A DNA stretch of 64,000 bases from the human T2T-CHM13v2.0 reference genome, Homo sapiens: NCBI RefSeq assembly GCF_009914755.1, contig NC_060930.1; one strand, given 5' to 3'. The position numbers and the translations under genes were made by a program. The notes under the pieces were generated by a model. It had not been told where the DNA came from. It did no database searches and saw only the letters and a program-made list of their open reading frames with translations. The number at the start of each line of letters is the position of its first letter. The first letter of the stretch is position 1. Of the stretch, positions 13,128 through 26,835 are shown piece after piece.

Positions 13128-14090
13128 TGCTGCTTTTATACCACTGCCATGCTATTTTGGTGATGATGGCTTTGGCTGTTGAAGGTCTTTTGTGATTCCA
13201 TACACATATTGGGATTGCTTTCTCTATTTCTATAAAGAATGTCATTGGTATTTTTATAGGAATTGCACTGAATCTATATATCACTTTGAGTAGTATTGAC
13301 ATTTTAACAATATTAAATCTTCCAATCCATGAACGTGGGATATTTTTCCATTTCTAATGTCCTCTTACATTTATTTCATCAATGTTTTACAGTTTTTCCT
13401 ATAGAGATTTTTTACTTCTTTGGTTAAATTTATTTATAGGTATTTTATATATTTTCATAGCTATTATTAATGCAATTGCTTTATTTTTTTTTCAGTTTGT
13501 TTGCTATTGGTGTATATAAATGTTACTGATTTTTGTGTGCTGATTTTGTATCCTGCAACTTTACTGATTTTATTAGTTCCAATAGTTTTTTGTGTAGTCC
13601 TTAGGTTTTTCTAAATATAAAATTATGCCATCTGTGAACAAGCATAATTTGACTGTTTTCTTTCCAATTTGAATGCCCTTTCTTTCTTTCTCTTGCCTAA
13701 TGCTCTGGCTAGGACTTCCAGTACTACATTAAATAAAAGTGGTGAAAGTGGGCACTCTTATCTTGTTCTAGATCTTAAAAGAAGGGCATTCAATTTTTCC
13801 CCATTCAGTATGTTAGCTGTGGGTTTGTCATATATGGCTTTTATTGTTTGAAGTATGTTCCTTCTATATCCAGTTTGTTGAGTTTCTATCATAAAGGGAT
13901 GTTAAATTTTGTTAATGCTTTTTCCACATCTATTGAAATGATCATATAGTGTTTGTCTGTGATTCTGTTAATGTAATGTATCACTTTTATTGCATTGGAT
14001 ATGTCAAACTATTCTAACATCCCTGGATGAATTCCACTTAATTATGGTGAATGATTTTTTAAAATGTGCTGTATTCATTTTGCCAGCAGC
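13128..14090 (-). mobile_element. L1MA ORF2 (RT region) fragment
   Basis: Translates to L1 ORF2-like [27 protein letters not shown]; gctaggacttccagtact; tttttccccattcagtatg. Confidence 0.92.
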
Positions 14091-14475
14091 TATTTTAAAT
14101 CTTCAGTGCCTTCTTTAAAGCATCATCATACATAAAAAACTTGACACCCCACCCCTGCCTCTGCCTCTGCAACTGATCAATGCTCTGACCAGGACCGTTC
14201 AGATCATTTGTGGAGCCCATTGCAAATTGAAAACTGATTCCCTTGTTTAAAAATCAGAAAAAAGTGCCAGGGAAAGTAATAAAACATAAAGCCTGTTTCT
14301 TTTCTTTTTGTAGTCTCTCAACTTGTTATGATTTTAAAAAATTTAATGATATTCTAAGTAAACTAAATAAAATTTTTAATTATTCATGTGAATTTTCTTG
14401 TTCATCTTTATATTGTACAACCACAATGTTAAATATAAGAGGATTTAACTTGTATGCAGAATCACAGAAATTACG

Positions 14476-14845
14476 TGTCTTATTTTTTTCAGGGCTTTTA
14501 CAACAAAATGCCAAAAACTGAGTGGCTTATAAACAATAGAAATTTATTTCTCATGGTTCTGGAGGCTGGAAGTCTAAGACCAAGGTGCTGGCAGAATTGG
14601 GGTCTGGTGAGGGTTGTTTCCTGGTTCATAAACGGTGCCTTCTCAATCTAACCTCACATGGTAGAAGTGGTGACAGGTCTCTGTTGGGCCTCTGTAGTAA
14701 GATGCCAATCCCATTCATAAGGGCTCTGCCTCTGTGATCTAATTGCCTATCAAAGCCCCCACCTCCTAATATCATCTTTGTTGCAATGTGCATCTTGGTT
14801 GCAACGTATGAATTTTAGTGGGACACAAACATTCAGTCTATATCA
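14476..14845 (-). mobile_element. MLT1A/MLT1A0 solo LTR
   Basis: tgtctta...gtggcttataaacaatagaaatttatttctcatggttctggaggctggaagtc...ggacacaaacattcagtctatatca. Confidence 0.9.
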
Positions 14846-14850
14846 CCACA

Positions 14851-15146
14851 TATTTGTATTTCATAGCTCACACATACATATTTCATAGTGTATTCACACA
14901 TATGTATTTCATAGCTCACACAGACATATACATTTCATAGCTCACTCATACCTATGCATTTCAGAGCTCACGCATACATTTGTATTTTAGAGCTCACACA
15001 TACATATTTATTTTGTAGCTCACACATACATATGTATTTCATAGCTCACTCATACATATGTGTCTCATAGCTCACACATACATATGTATCTCATAGCTCA
15101 CCCATACATATGTATCTCATAGCCCACACATACATATGTATTTCAT
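14851..15146 (+). repeat. 26-bp minisatellite, ~11 imperfect copies
   Basis: Unit gtatttcatagctcacacatacatat repeated in tandem. Confidence 0.92.
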
Positions 15147-18135
15147 TCTTAGCAGAGCAGGGGAAACACTGCACCAACTACTCAGTTGATTTGACCTCAC
15201 TCCTTGACACCCATTCATTCTACCAACACTCTCTAGCTTTGGTTTACTGATGAGAAAGAAAGACCTGAAAGGAAAACGGACTGCAGATTCCTCTGTCTTT
15301 CCTGTCCTTCTTTGTCGTCACTTTCAGCACATGTAGTCGTGTAATACAGGGAAGTAACTCGAGTCAGTAGAGCTCTGATAGGGCTCTTGGTTGTCCTTTT
15401 TGTTATAATGACATTATCTTCTTTCTGTGTTTGAAGCATGTTCTGGAAGGAAAGAAAAGCGTGGCCTCTGGGGGCTGTCTGTGTGTGGACGTTGTAACCT
15501 TAACTCATACATGGTGAGTGCACTGGAATTCTCTGCTCATGGGGCATCAAGAATGCCCTGTGTTCATAAAGCAGCAGGGAGCAACTGTGGTGGGACATGC
15601 GTATTGCACATATCTCCTCTGTTCACCAGCATGCTTCCTCGTTTCATTATACTCCACGTACAGACCACAAGGTTGTAGATAAAACTATCAAGGATTTCAA
15701 GATGGTGAAGGCAGAGCATTAAACAACATGCCAGTTCCTTCTGGGCTTCTGGACTCATGTGGCTACAAAGGTGATGGACCTGTGATGCTCTCCTGGCCCC
15801 CAACAAACACAATTGTATATGGGCTTCCATGTTCTTGCATAGATTTCATCTGGGTTTTTAACTGGCATCATCACCACACTCTATAAGCTTGCTCAAATCT
15901 TCCCCAGGCAATGGCAATAACAATCACCACAAGTAAATCTGTAGCTTCTTATCTCTGCTTCACCCCACAGCCAGGCACCTCACAATGCTCCTCAGTCACT
16001 CTGCTCAATCCTGTAACTCTTACGTTCTCTCTTGAAAATATCTGACATACTTTGAGGATAGAGGAAAACAGGCAAAGTCTCTGCTCTTTTTTGGGTCACT
16101 GTCTCATTCCTGCAAAGTCACACCAGCCGGTTCTAGCACTCATCATGATGTTCACAGTAGGCGGGAGCACCAGGGAGCCAGTGTGGAAATGTTCTCAACG
16201 AGAGGTGAGATATTCTTTTATTCTGAGGGTGTCACTCAAGTTCTCAAACTTGAAATGTCTGCAGCACATCAAGGACAGGCACTGGCTGCATTTACAGAAT
16301 GGGAGATGCAGGTTAAAAAGTAAAACAATGACAGCGTGTGGGTATCTGGATTTTAGAACATAATAAAAATCATGAGCCTACTTGGCATCTGAAAGGGATA
16401 ATTAGTTACCCTCTTATCTGTCTATTTTTCACCTGTTAAACTGGTATTTTGAATCCGTTGCCCTTGCACTGGAGCCCCTTGGAGTCACGCATCTCCAAAT
16501 CAAAGAGTCCCTCAAACTTCATGCCCCAGGGAAGTGGAGCTTTATCCCTCAGGGAATCCAGTTTCACAGCTCAGCCTCCACAGACTCCCAGGTAAATTAG
16601 AAAGTGTCCTTTGGGGAGAAGGCGAAGGTGCCTGTGGATCTGCAGGAGCTCCGGTCAGGTTTTCTTGGTGCTGTGCCAGCCCAGCTGAAAGGCATTGGAG
16701 CCAAATCTCGGGGAAGTGTCTGTAGGGCCACTGGGTCCTGACAGAGCCTCCAGGCAAACAGGGTCTGAGTCCAGCAGCTTTGACCTCACCTGCCCACATA
16801 CCCAGGGAGCAGCCACAGGCAGATCAGGAAACTCCTGGAGGGCCAGAGGGGCCAGAGGCAGCACCGTGCCTCCTGTGGGCCTGAGTGTCATCTTCCCTGT
16901 CAGGCCCACACTCTTCTTCCCCAGGCTCCTCTCTCCTTCTTGGAAAGGAGGTGGGGGTAGTGTCTGACTTTGGAGGAGATGCAGTGGCACCTTAACTGGG
17001 GCACTGGATAAATTCATTGGAGAGGTGGCTGCATGGGGATGCTAAGAACTTTCATGACAAAGAACATCAGTGGGCACCAAGCCAAGCCCTGCAGACTGTG
17101 ATCTGCCAGTCACATGGGCATATTGTGCCACCCACACTGAGCAGCTGAGCCAGCTGGCCCTCTGTTGCCATGGCAGGAGCTTCCTACCACCACTGCTCAC
17201 ACTTTCTCCAGGGCTCCTCATCTCTCTTCACCTGAGGACACTCTCCACACTGCCAGCTCAGCACACACATGCACCCTTGACAAGCCGATCTCTTGGTGAC
17301 TCCAAAGGTGGAAGGGAAATCCGTAGCACTGACCTTGGTTGGGACCAGACAGCTGGAAAATCTACACCTCTCATCAGAAAAACAAATTTAACTCACATTG
17401 ATTTTCTATTTCAAAAATTTCTCATGTCCCAAAAGCATATTACAGGATGGTCTTTCTTTTGGATTCTTCACAGCCCAGTCCTAGGTCCGATCAGCACTCC
17501 ATTTTCTCCTCTGCCAGGCTATTCCCACTCAAGTTAGCATTCACTTTGTTTGAGAATACTTGATCCAATTGCATTGCACAATAATTGAAGAGAATATACA
17601 TTTTTCTAACATTTTCTCATTAACTCACTTCTTTGCAAGGCTAAGGGTTGAGATAACTGAATTTCCATCTTGCTCATGTTTAGATTTTAATCCATATCTT
17701 TTGTTTAATTCTATGGATTAATGGGTGTCTAACATGGGGGTTCTATAGGCCTCAAATTCTCGGCATTTAGATAATTTGCTTGTTTGGGTGTGTGTGGTCT
17801 GTTTAACCAGTCTAAGATTCTTAATCATATTGGAATTCTTCTGCCTCCAACTCAAAGGATCTTATTAGCAAAAACCAAAAACTTCTTCCTTTCTGCAGCC
17901 ACTGGCAAACTAGTTTCTGCAAAAATTTTAGTAAGTCAGCCCTCTCCACTTGCTTTTAAAATCTAAAATAATGTTAATACCAAAGATTGTCATAGGAGAT
18001 AGGGTATTAAAGGAATATAAAACTAAATGCTGTAGCCACAGGCAGCTCACATATTTCTGTTAAGACAGCCACATTGTTTTGTGTTCATTGTGTGGCTAAT
18101 TCTAAGATAATTAATGTATTTCCAAATTTGGTGAT

Positions 18136-18400
18136 TGTGATGGTTAATACTGAGTGTCAACTTGATTGGATTGAAGGATACAAAGAATTGATTCTGGGTG
18201 TGTCTGTGAGGGTGTTGCCAAAGGAGATTAACATTTGAGTCAGTGGGCTGGGAAAGGCAGATCCACCCTTAACTGGGGTGGGCACAATCTAATCGGCTGC
18301 CAGTGAGGCTAGAATATAAGCAGGCAGACCTTGTGATCATGTGAGTTAATACTTAAAAAACTCCTTTATATATATATATATATATATCTATATCTATATC

Positions 18401-18435
<35 letters not shown>

Positions 18436-18477
18436 ATTCCATTAGTTCTGTCCCTCTAGAGAACCCTGACTAATACA
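18136..18477 (+). mobile_element. MLT2A1 (HERV-L) solo LTR with internal deletion
   Basis: tgtgatggttaatactgagtgtcaacttgattggattgaagg...ctagagaaccctgactaataca; gcaggcaga is joined directly to ccttgtgatc. Confidence 0.9.
18367..18436. repeat. Interrupted (TA)n microsatellite inside MLT2A1
   Basis: tatatata...tctatatctatatctacatatata... Confidence 0.95.
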
Positions 18478-19042
18478 AAGATTTACATATATTTCTGTTT
18501 AATGTTTATAGTTCCAAAGGCAAAAGATGATTTATTAATTATACCTTAAGTCTTTTCCTCTTGAACCTTTGTGACCCTTCACCTAATAAACAGAGGAATC
18601 CTTGCCTAAGATGGGAAGTGAGGTGTGGACAATGAGTTGAAGGAGGTCTAACCAGGAGTCTCTGCTCTTCCTTCATTCATGGCTCATAGATCTGTGGCTT
18701 TGGGCAATGCTTTTGATCACCTTGGCTTTCCCTAATCTGCCAGAACAATGGGCTTTGATCTTTAGGGTCTCTTCTCATTAGAAGTGACTCTGAGACTCTT
18801 AGCCCAGGAGTGTAGATCATTACACTTTAACGTTTGATGTCATGGGAAATATTAGGCCTCTATGCATCTATGCTGGGGAATGCTCTAATAGCTTGGTGTC
18901 TATATGTTGATTCCACAGGGCATAGACTTCTTTTTTTTTTTTGTTTGTACATAAGGAGTTTAATTCTCCATTGAAGACAAGCATTTCTAAGCTGGTGTTT
19001 AGAACTTTAGATACAGCTTAACTGAACATTCTGGAGGTAGAT

Positions 19043-20008
19043 TGGGGCAGCTTCATGAGTGTCCAATATGTGTCACAGCACAAACTCCCTACTTCCCCCC
19101 ACTTCTCAGATGGGGGCCACACTTGGTTTAATGCTCAGTTGTTGCTGAAATTCTTAATAATTTTAGCTTTGAACTTGCATTTTGTGCATGGGCAGAGGAG
19201 GTGTAAGCAATGTGTGGTCCTCCATGCCTGGCTGCCCATGTGCATACAGCATTTGTGTTGTGTCATAAGAATTCCCTTGGACCCATGATGTGTGTGAAGT
19301 TTAAGGCAAGCCTGTTGAGTCTATGAATGTATTAAGGGCACTGGCAGCCCCAGAGGCCAAGCTTTCCTTTTGAACTAGAACTTGCTTCGAACACAGAGGT
19401 GGCAGTGGTATCCTAAGAGACACAACAGCCATGGGACCCCGTCATACCCTTTCTTACTCCTGTCCCCATCATGTCCTTTGTTACTCATGTTTATTCCTGT
19501 ATTAACCAACCCGTTAAGCTCCAAATGATGACATAGGAGGATTGGGTGATCCGTGGTTCCTTTTTCTTTCTGCCCTTCCTTATTCACCAGTGAGACACTG
19601 TTGGTAGAATGTGCACTTATCAAGACCTGAAATAAAAGCAATTGAGTTAGTTTTGTGTACTGTTTCCACAGCTCCAGTAAGAACAAAATACATGGTCATG
19701 TTCATGATACTGAATGCCAGTGTGTAATTTCAGTGATTCTGCCTACAAACTAGATGTTCTTAGAGTTTCATTTAAAACTGGCTGGTGTGATATAGAGATG
19801 AATGGTGAAATTTATGCTAATAATTAAAACATATGAATATGTATGTACTTATCATGTTGTTGAAAAGAAGTACAGTAAACACCATGCCTATTCAAAAGAG
19901 AGATGAGAGAGGAAAGGAAAAAGGTTTATGTCTTGGTACCTTTCACAGCTCTTTTGTTCTTTTCACCTTGCATTGGGTCTTATCACAAGTTGTGTAGCCA
20001 GTTCCCTG
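19043..20008 (-). mobile_element. MER45B, near full length
   Basis: ggggcagcttcatg...cacttggtttaatgctc...tgttggtagaatgtgc...tgtaatttcagtgattctgc...tgtgtagccagttccctg is the reverse complement of the element at 14190. Confidence 0.85.
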
Positions 20009-20169
20009 GGAAATATTGGCTGCTCTCTGGGAAGCCAAGTTATGAGTCATCAATGTTGACCACGGTTAAGTCCACAGTTGCTCCATGTTTAACTCTCAGT
20101 GTATAACACAGAGAGAGGGCAGATATTCGACAGATGGGCTGTATAAACACAAGCAGGGCCACTGGAGAG

Positions 20170-20320
20170 GCTCCTAAGACAGAGCAGGAAACCTGGAGTT
20201 GAGACCCAGGTCTGCTAGTCTTGTTGGCTTAAGGGTTGGGACCTTGGCCTTTTCCTTGGTGAATTTTCCCACCTGTAAATTGAGATTGGATCATGAAGGT
20301 CATTGTCAATTCTAAGAGAG
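20170..20320 (+). mobile_element. MIR/MIR3 fragment
   Basis: ctggagttgagacccaggtctgct...ttttcccacctgtaaattgagattgga. Confidence 0.45.
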
Positions 20321-21587
20321 CCAACGTTAGAACTCAGTGGGTGGCGAGAGCATGAAACACTGGGAAGTAGCTCCCCACCCCCAAGCCACCCTAATCAAAC
20401 AGAGGACCTTGGTAAACATGGTGTACTCATTATGCAGATGTATGACAAGGAGGGTTCCCTTTTGTATCCTTAGGACTAGATTGCGCCTCTAGACTCCCTC
20501 CTGTGTAGAATTTCTCAAGTATCCACTTGTCCATCACTGTCTTTCTGGTTTGGACACAGGAGGGTGGAGACTACACGCGAATATGTTACTTTCTACATTG
20601 ATTATCTAATCACTGGGTCCAGAAGTCTCTAACTGAAAACTCACACGCACACACCATGCCTTGGACATTAGTGAGGTTCAGTCTTCTTGTTCTGGGACAG
20701 ATGCGTTCCACACACAGCTCTGCTATTGTTTTTCTCTTTCAAGAGATCTACACTTTGGGGAGAAAGATGAGCTTTTGGTACAACCCCACGCTTTTGAAAG
20801 AAGAGTATTCTGCCCCGTGGAGGACTATGAGCAACTGTGCCCCTACACCACTTTCCTTCTCAAGCTCAACTGTGTTTGCTGCCTTCGAAACACAGAGGTC
20901 AATATTTATGCTTTACACAAGTGTCCACTTAGCAATTTCTAGCATACCCATGAATTAATAGATAAACTTGTGAAGAACTCAAGAAAAAAGGAATTAGTTT
21001 GTTGATGTAAATTGTTACTCAGCTGGAAGTCCAGACAAAATAATCACACAGTTTTACTTGTTGACAGTTGCATTTCCTTAAATCAATCATTTCCGTAATT
21101 TTTCTACAGTAGACTGTGACGATTGGTTTGTTAGAGCCCCAGCTAATTCTATCTTATTACTAATATTGCTGGGTTCCTTTTTTAAAAAATGGTATAATCT
21201 TCTGAAATAGGAACATTAACTGACCTCCAATAGAAAAGAAACCCTCCTCCATGGTAGCATCTTCTTAATTGAAAAGTGCTTTTTCAATGCAATGAAAGAA
21301 ATAAAAGAAACACTGCCTTCTATTCATTTAGCCTCACATAAAGATCTAACACAAATGAGTTGTTTTCCTTAAGTCTGAGATTCTCAAGGTAAGTGCTGAG
21401 AAAACACGGAGGAGGAAGCTCACTGATGTGAAAATTGACCCAGGCAGGTAAGGACGTTGCAGCTATTGGATAGGAAAGGTATGTAAGTGTGGCTTCGCCT
21501 AGGTCCTGTCTGCAGAGTCACTGAAGCGGGAGCCAGGGGAACCAGCCCCTCACTGACTCCCATGGTGGCGTGGTTTGGAATCCTTGA

Positions 21588-21962
<375 letters not shown>

Positions 21963-23633
21963 GTTTTCTTAAGACTAATCTGAGATCTTCTCTCCTCTAT
22001 GTCCTGGGAGGCTCCTCCCCTGTGTTTTGAGCTCCGATGACCACTCTCCCTCTGCACGCTGTGCCGTGCTCCTGCCTTGCCTGGCTTTGGCTCCACTTCT
22101 GGTACATGCACACTTTCCTTCTCCTGTGTTTGCAAGAAGCACCGATGGGTGCACAGCTGCTTTGTCTCTTTCTCCTTCTTCGGCATGAGTTTAGGATTAA
22201 TATCTGTTTTATTAGAGCAAGCCAGGGCTTCTGTTGGAGAGATGAGCCCCCACCCCACCCCTTGCTTGACGTGGTGAATGTAGGCACATTTACTTATGCC
22301 ACAAGGAAATATGGCCACCTTTATGATTTTGAGGAGAGGTTGCACACGGTAATGTGACTTTGCTGCTATGGAACAAATGGTAACCTTTCTGGGGAGAAGG
22401 GGAGAGGAGGCTCATATAACAGGGTCCTCTGCCCACAGCTCACTGCCTTTCACCCTCTGTCTCCCACGTGCATCTTCTGCAGGCTCTGCCGCTATTTATT
22501 CTTGTCTGATGCTCAGCCTATCTCCCTCTGATGAATGTTCATAATGAGGAGACTTCACACAGGAATAATTTATTTAATAAGTTGTTACTGGAAAACATTG
22601 TTTGATGCTGAAAGACCTAAAATGCAGGAAATTATCTGCTTGATTTATGAAAACTATGAATACTGTGATTTAATCATGCTGGCAGAGTAACTGTCCATTG
22701 TATTTGAATACCAGTAGATAAATGCCCAAAGAACTCAGGGCTTACTCAGTCCTTAATACACCATAAACGTAAGGCTGACACCCTCTTCTCGTCTCTTCCT
22801 TGACTTTCAGAAATATTTTTGTAGATATTTTTTCAGGATAGAAGATATTGAAGAATATACTCTGTCTAAGGTGAGGTGAGAGAAAATAACTGGAACATTT
22901 ATTGCTAACTTTTAAAAAGGAAACATGACTAGTTTCTACTCAGGTCTCCCTGAAGACGTTGAAAAGATGTTTGCCAACTGAACAATTTTCCAAGGTAGTT
23001 TATATACATGCAACTCTATTCCTGTGTGTAAGAGTGAAGGCAATGGATATTAACACTTCTTTTTTCACACTTCTCTCTTTCTTTTTCCTTTCCTGTAATT
23101 TTTCAACCACCTAATAAAAAAACCGATAACAGGTGCTTTTATTGAGAAGTACCACTGCTTTACTAGAATGTATTTTAGCCAGGAAATAAATTTTAAATAA
23201 GAGCGAAACACTGACAAATTTAGAAAGTAAGACTAGCTAGAATTAATTGAGACTACCAAGAGCTTCCAGGGGCATCACGATGGTGTTAGGGCTCTGGTGA
23301 AGAAAATGCTTCAAGATCTGTAACGGCAAGAGACCAGTTGAGGTCTAGGCCCCTACCAGACCGCTGTAATTGGCATAGTATTATGATGCTGTGATTGTAT
23401 AGTATTGCTTGGGCAAAATGGCTTCACTCCTTCATTCAGCACATTTGAATTCTCCATACTTTCTGCTGTGAGAATTCACATAGTCAGTTTTCAGAATGAA
23501 TAAAATATGAATTCTTTCTTTTGAAGCTTTCCTAATTTTCATATTTTAAGGTATTAATCTAAATAAAAATGTTCTGGTGTTGTACTTTGTGCCTTAATAA
23601 GAGGTATTTTTTCATGATGATAAAACACACACT

Positions 23634-24025
<392 letters not shown>

Positions 24026-24359
24026 TCAAAAATTTTATAGTTATAAATAAATGCTAATTAATGCCCCTCCCTTTCTAGAACTGTTATTTAAAAATTTATG
24101 TGTATTATTTACGTTCATATTTCTATCCTTTTATTAAATAGCTATTAACAATTATAGCATTACATATTTAAATATGTACATAGCTTCATGTATTAAACAT
24201 AACACTCAGAAAATGAACATGCTTGTTGAAACTATAACACATTGAATAATTTATTAATTTGTTAATTGTATCTCCTGGCTATAAACATTAGCTATTGTTT
24301 CAAAGGCTGCCACCTATAGACATCTACAATTCTTAAGAGAAATGTCTGTGGCTTTACGT

Positions 24360-24914
24360 ATGCGCTGCCCAATATAGTAGATATAGATTAACTATCTCGA
24401 ATCCAAACATCTGAAACCCAAAATGCTTCAAAATCCAAAAGCTTTTTCAATGCTGACAGGATGCTCAAAACAAAAAATGCTACTTGGAGATTTTGAATTT
24501 CAGATTTTTGAATTTGGGATGCTCAATCAGTAAGTATATGATGCAAATATTCCAAAATCTAAAAAAATCCAAAATCTGAAACACTTTTGGTCTCAAGCAT
24601 TTTGGGTAAGGGATACTCAACCCGGATCAGCCACATGTGGCTATGAAATGCTTGCGATGTCACTAGTCCAAATTAAGATGTTTTGTTAGTGTAAAATACA
24701 CACTGATTTTAAAAACTTGGTATAAATAAATAATGTAAAAGACATCAACAATTTTTACATTGATCATGCGTTGAAATGATAACCTTTGGATATATTGGGT
24801 TAAATAAGATATATTATTACTATTAATTTGATTTTTTACTAACTTTTTAACGTGGCTACTTAAAATTTAAAATTACGTTTGTTCCCCACATTGCGTCTCA
24901 ATGGGACAGTGCTT
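24360..24914 (-). mobile_element. MER33 (hAT-Charlie) interrupted by Tigger4a
   Basis: tgcgctgcccaatatagtag [Tigger4a] agccacatgtggcta...gtgtaaaatacacactgattt...ttggatatattgggttaaataa...gggacagtgct. Confidence 0.85.
24384..24624 (+). mobile_element. Tigger4a (MER46A)
   Basis: gggatgctcaatcagtaagtatatgatgcaaatattccaaaatc...aagggatactcaacccg. Confidence 0.88.
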
Positions 24915-25653
24915 CTTCGGCTCCTGCTAGGACCTTGAGCCCACCTGCTTCTCTGCATTCCTCCCTGATGAGCTTCTCCATATTGCTCCTTCCAGGGGAG
25001 TTTCTGACACCCGCATGATTGGCTGCTACTGTGTTGTGAATTCAGAGATTTCACGATGCTGATGGCATTCTAGAGGTTGGAAGGTCTCCAGTTCTCAATC
25101 ATCTCAGAAAACGGACCATCTGTGATTGGTAGCCATGGCCAGGTTGAATAATCCTGATTGTGAAGCCACCCTGTGTAACTTTATATTGGGTTTGTGATTA
25201 GTGAGCATTTGCATTTATTAAAAGTGGGCACGCTTAGGGAATTCTTGGGGTTTAATTCCAATAATATTTCAACTCACATTTATTGCGAACAGTGGTTTTA
25301 ATTAAAAGTCTCCGGCACTTGTGTGTAGGCCTCCTTATCATGAGATTGCCTGTGCAGGAACAAAAGAAAGTTCTGCTATTGTTTACAAATGGAATGTGCC
25401 TGGTGGAGCTAGAGCTTCTAACCATAGCATTCTGGAAATTAGTCACATATTGCTGTGTATTATGTTTATTACTTAGGATCTTTATGGGTGTTCTTAAAAA
25501 GAGACAGCTTCTTGCATCCAGTTTCTTAGAGTCTGGGTAGTAACTTGGGAAAAAAACTGAATTTTATGTATAGTGATATCTTCCTCAAAATTGCTGTCAC
25601 TCAGTGTTTATTCTAAAAAGTGTTTAGTTTTGACTAATTGATATGCTGGTGAA

Positions 25654-26041
<388 letters not shown>

Positions 26042-26573
26042 TTATCTTTGAGATTTTATGCTCATTTAACCCTCTTTTGGGAGCTTTGTTGCTTTGTTCA
26101 GCATTATGTATTTTTATTTCCTGAAAGCAATGCACTTTGTGAAATGAATTGCAAACTGTAAAATAAATGTAGCTTAATAAATAAAACTATATGTACTATT
26201 TATGTGGAGGAAAAAAGATTGACCGTAAGAGACAAGCACTCTAATACCACTCATTCTTTATGCCTTTTTAGTCTAGCATTACAAGAAACTTTCAAAAAGA
26301 TAAAACAGTGGCTAAATACAAAAGGATATATTTTAATTGAAATGTATTTCCAATTGTTAATATTCTCATGAGGGAGAATACTTTCTCTTTGGGGCCTTGT
26401 TTCATTTTATAAGTGCAAAAATTTAAAAAAAAATGGATTGGGGGCTTCCACTTCTGCTACAGACGTAAGGCTTATAGTATTCCACAATTTCCACTGACAA
26501 GTAGAAAAACTAGATAAAACACCAAACCATTTGTTTGAAGGTTTAATATGATGTCAACATAAAAAAATCAATT

Positions 26574-26630
26574 ATATATATATATATGCATATATATGTG
26601 TATGTGTATGTGTGTGTGTGTGTATGTGTA
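26574..26630. repeat. (TA)n/(TG)n compound microsatellite
   Basis: tatatatata...tgtgtatgtgtgtgtg. Confidence 0.85.
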
Positions 26631-26835
26631 TCAGTAACACTGAAAAGTGTTCAATGATACTATTTAAGGTGCATCCAAAAAATCAAAGGGCTGTTTTTAA
26701 ATCTAGAGAAACATACGTAAGAGCTCTACACTGAAAGTCACAAAACATTATTCAGAGAAATTAACTACCTAAGTAAATGAAAAACTATGCCATTCTCATG
26801 GATTTGAAGATCCAATATTATGAAGCTGTCAGTTC
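26628..26835 (+). mobile_element. L1M ORF2 fragment
   Basis: ctctacactgaaagtcacaaaacatta...cctaagtaaatga...ccattctcatggatttgaaga...aatattatgaagctgtcagttct. Confidence 0.65.

Larger units (their letters stand above)
14190..15795 (+). mobile_element. MER45B (hAT-Tip100), full length, with nested MLT1A LTR and internal minisatellite
   Basis: Termini caggaccg... / ...ctctcctg; internal ttgtttaaaaatcagaaaaaagtgcc, ttctaccaacactctcta, ggaattctctgctcatggggcatc and gcagagcattaaac follow the MER45B consensus. Confidence 0.85.

Noticed and set aside
14851-15146. CRISPR-like periodic array
   Set aside because: The units are contiguous with no unique spacers, there are no cas genes, and the context is human; it is a minisatellite.
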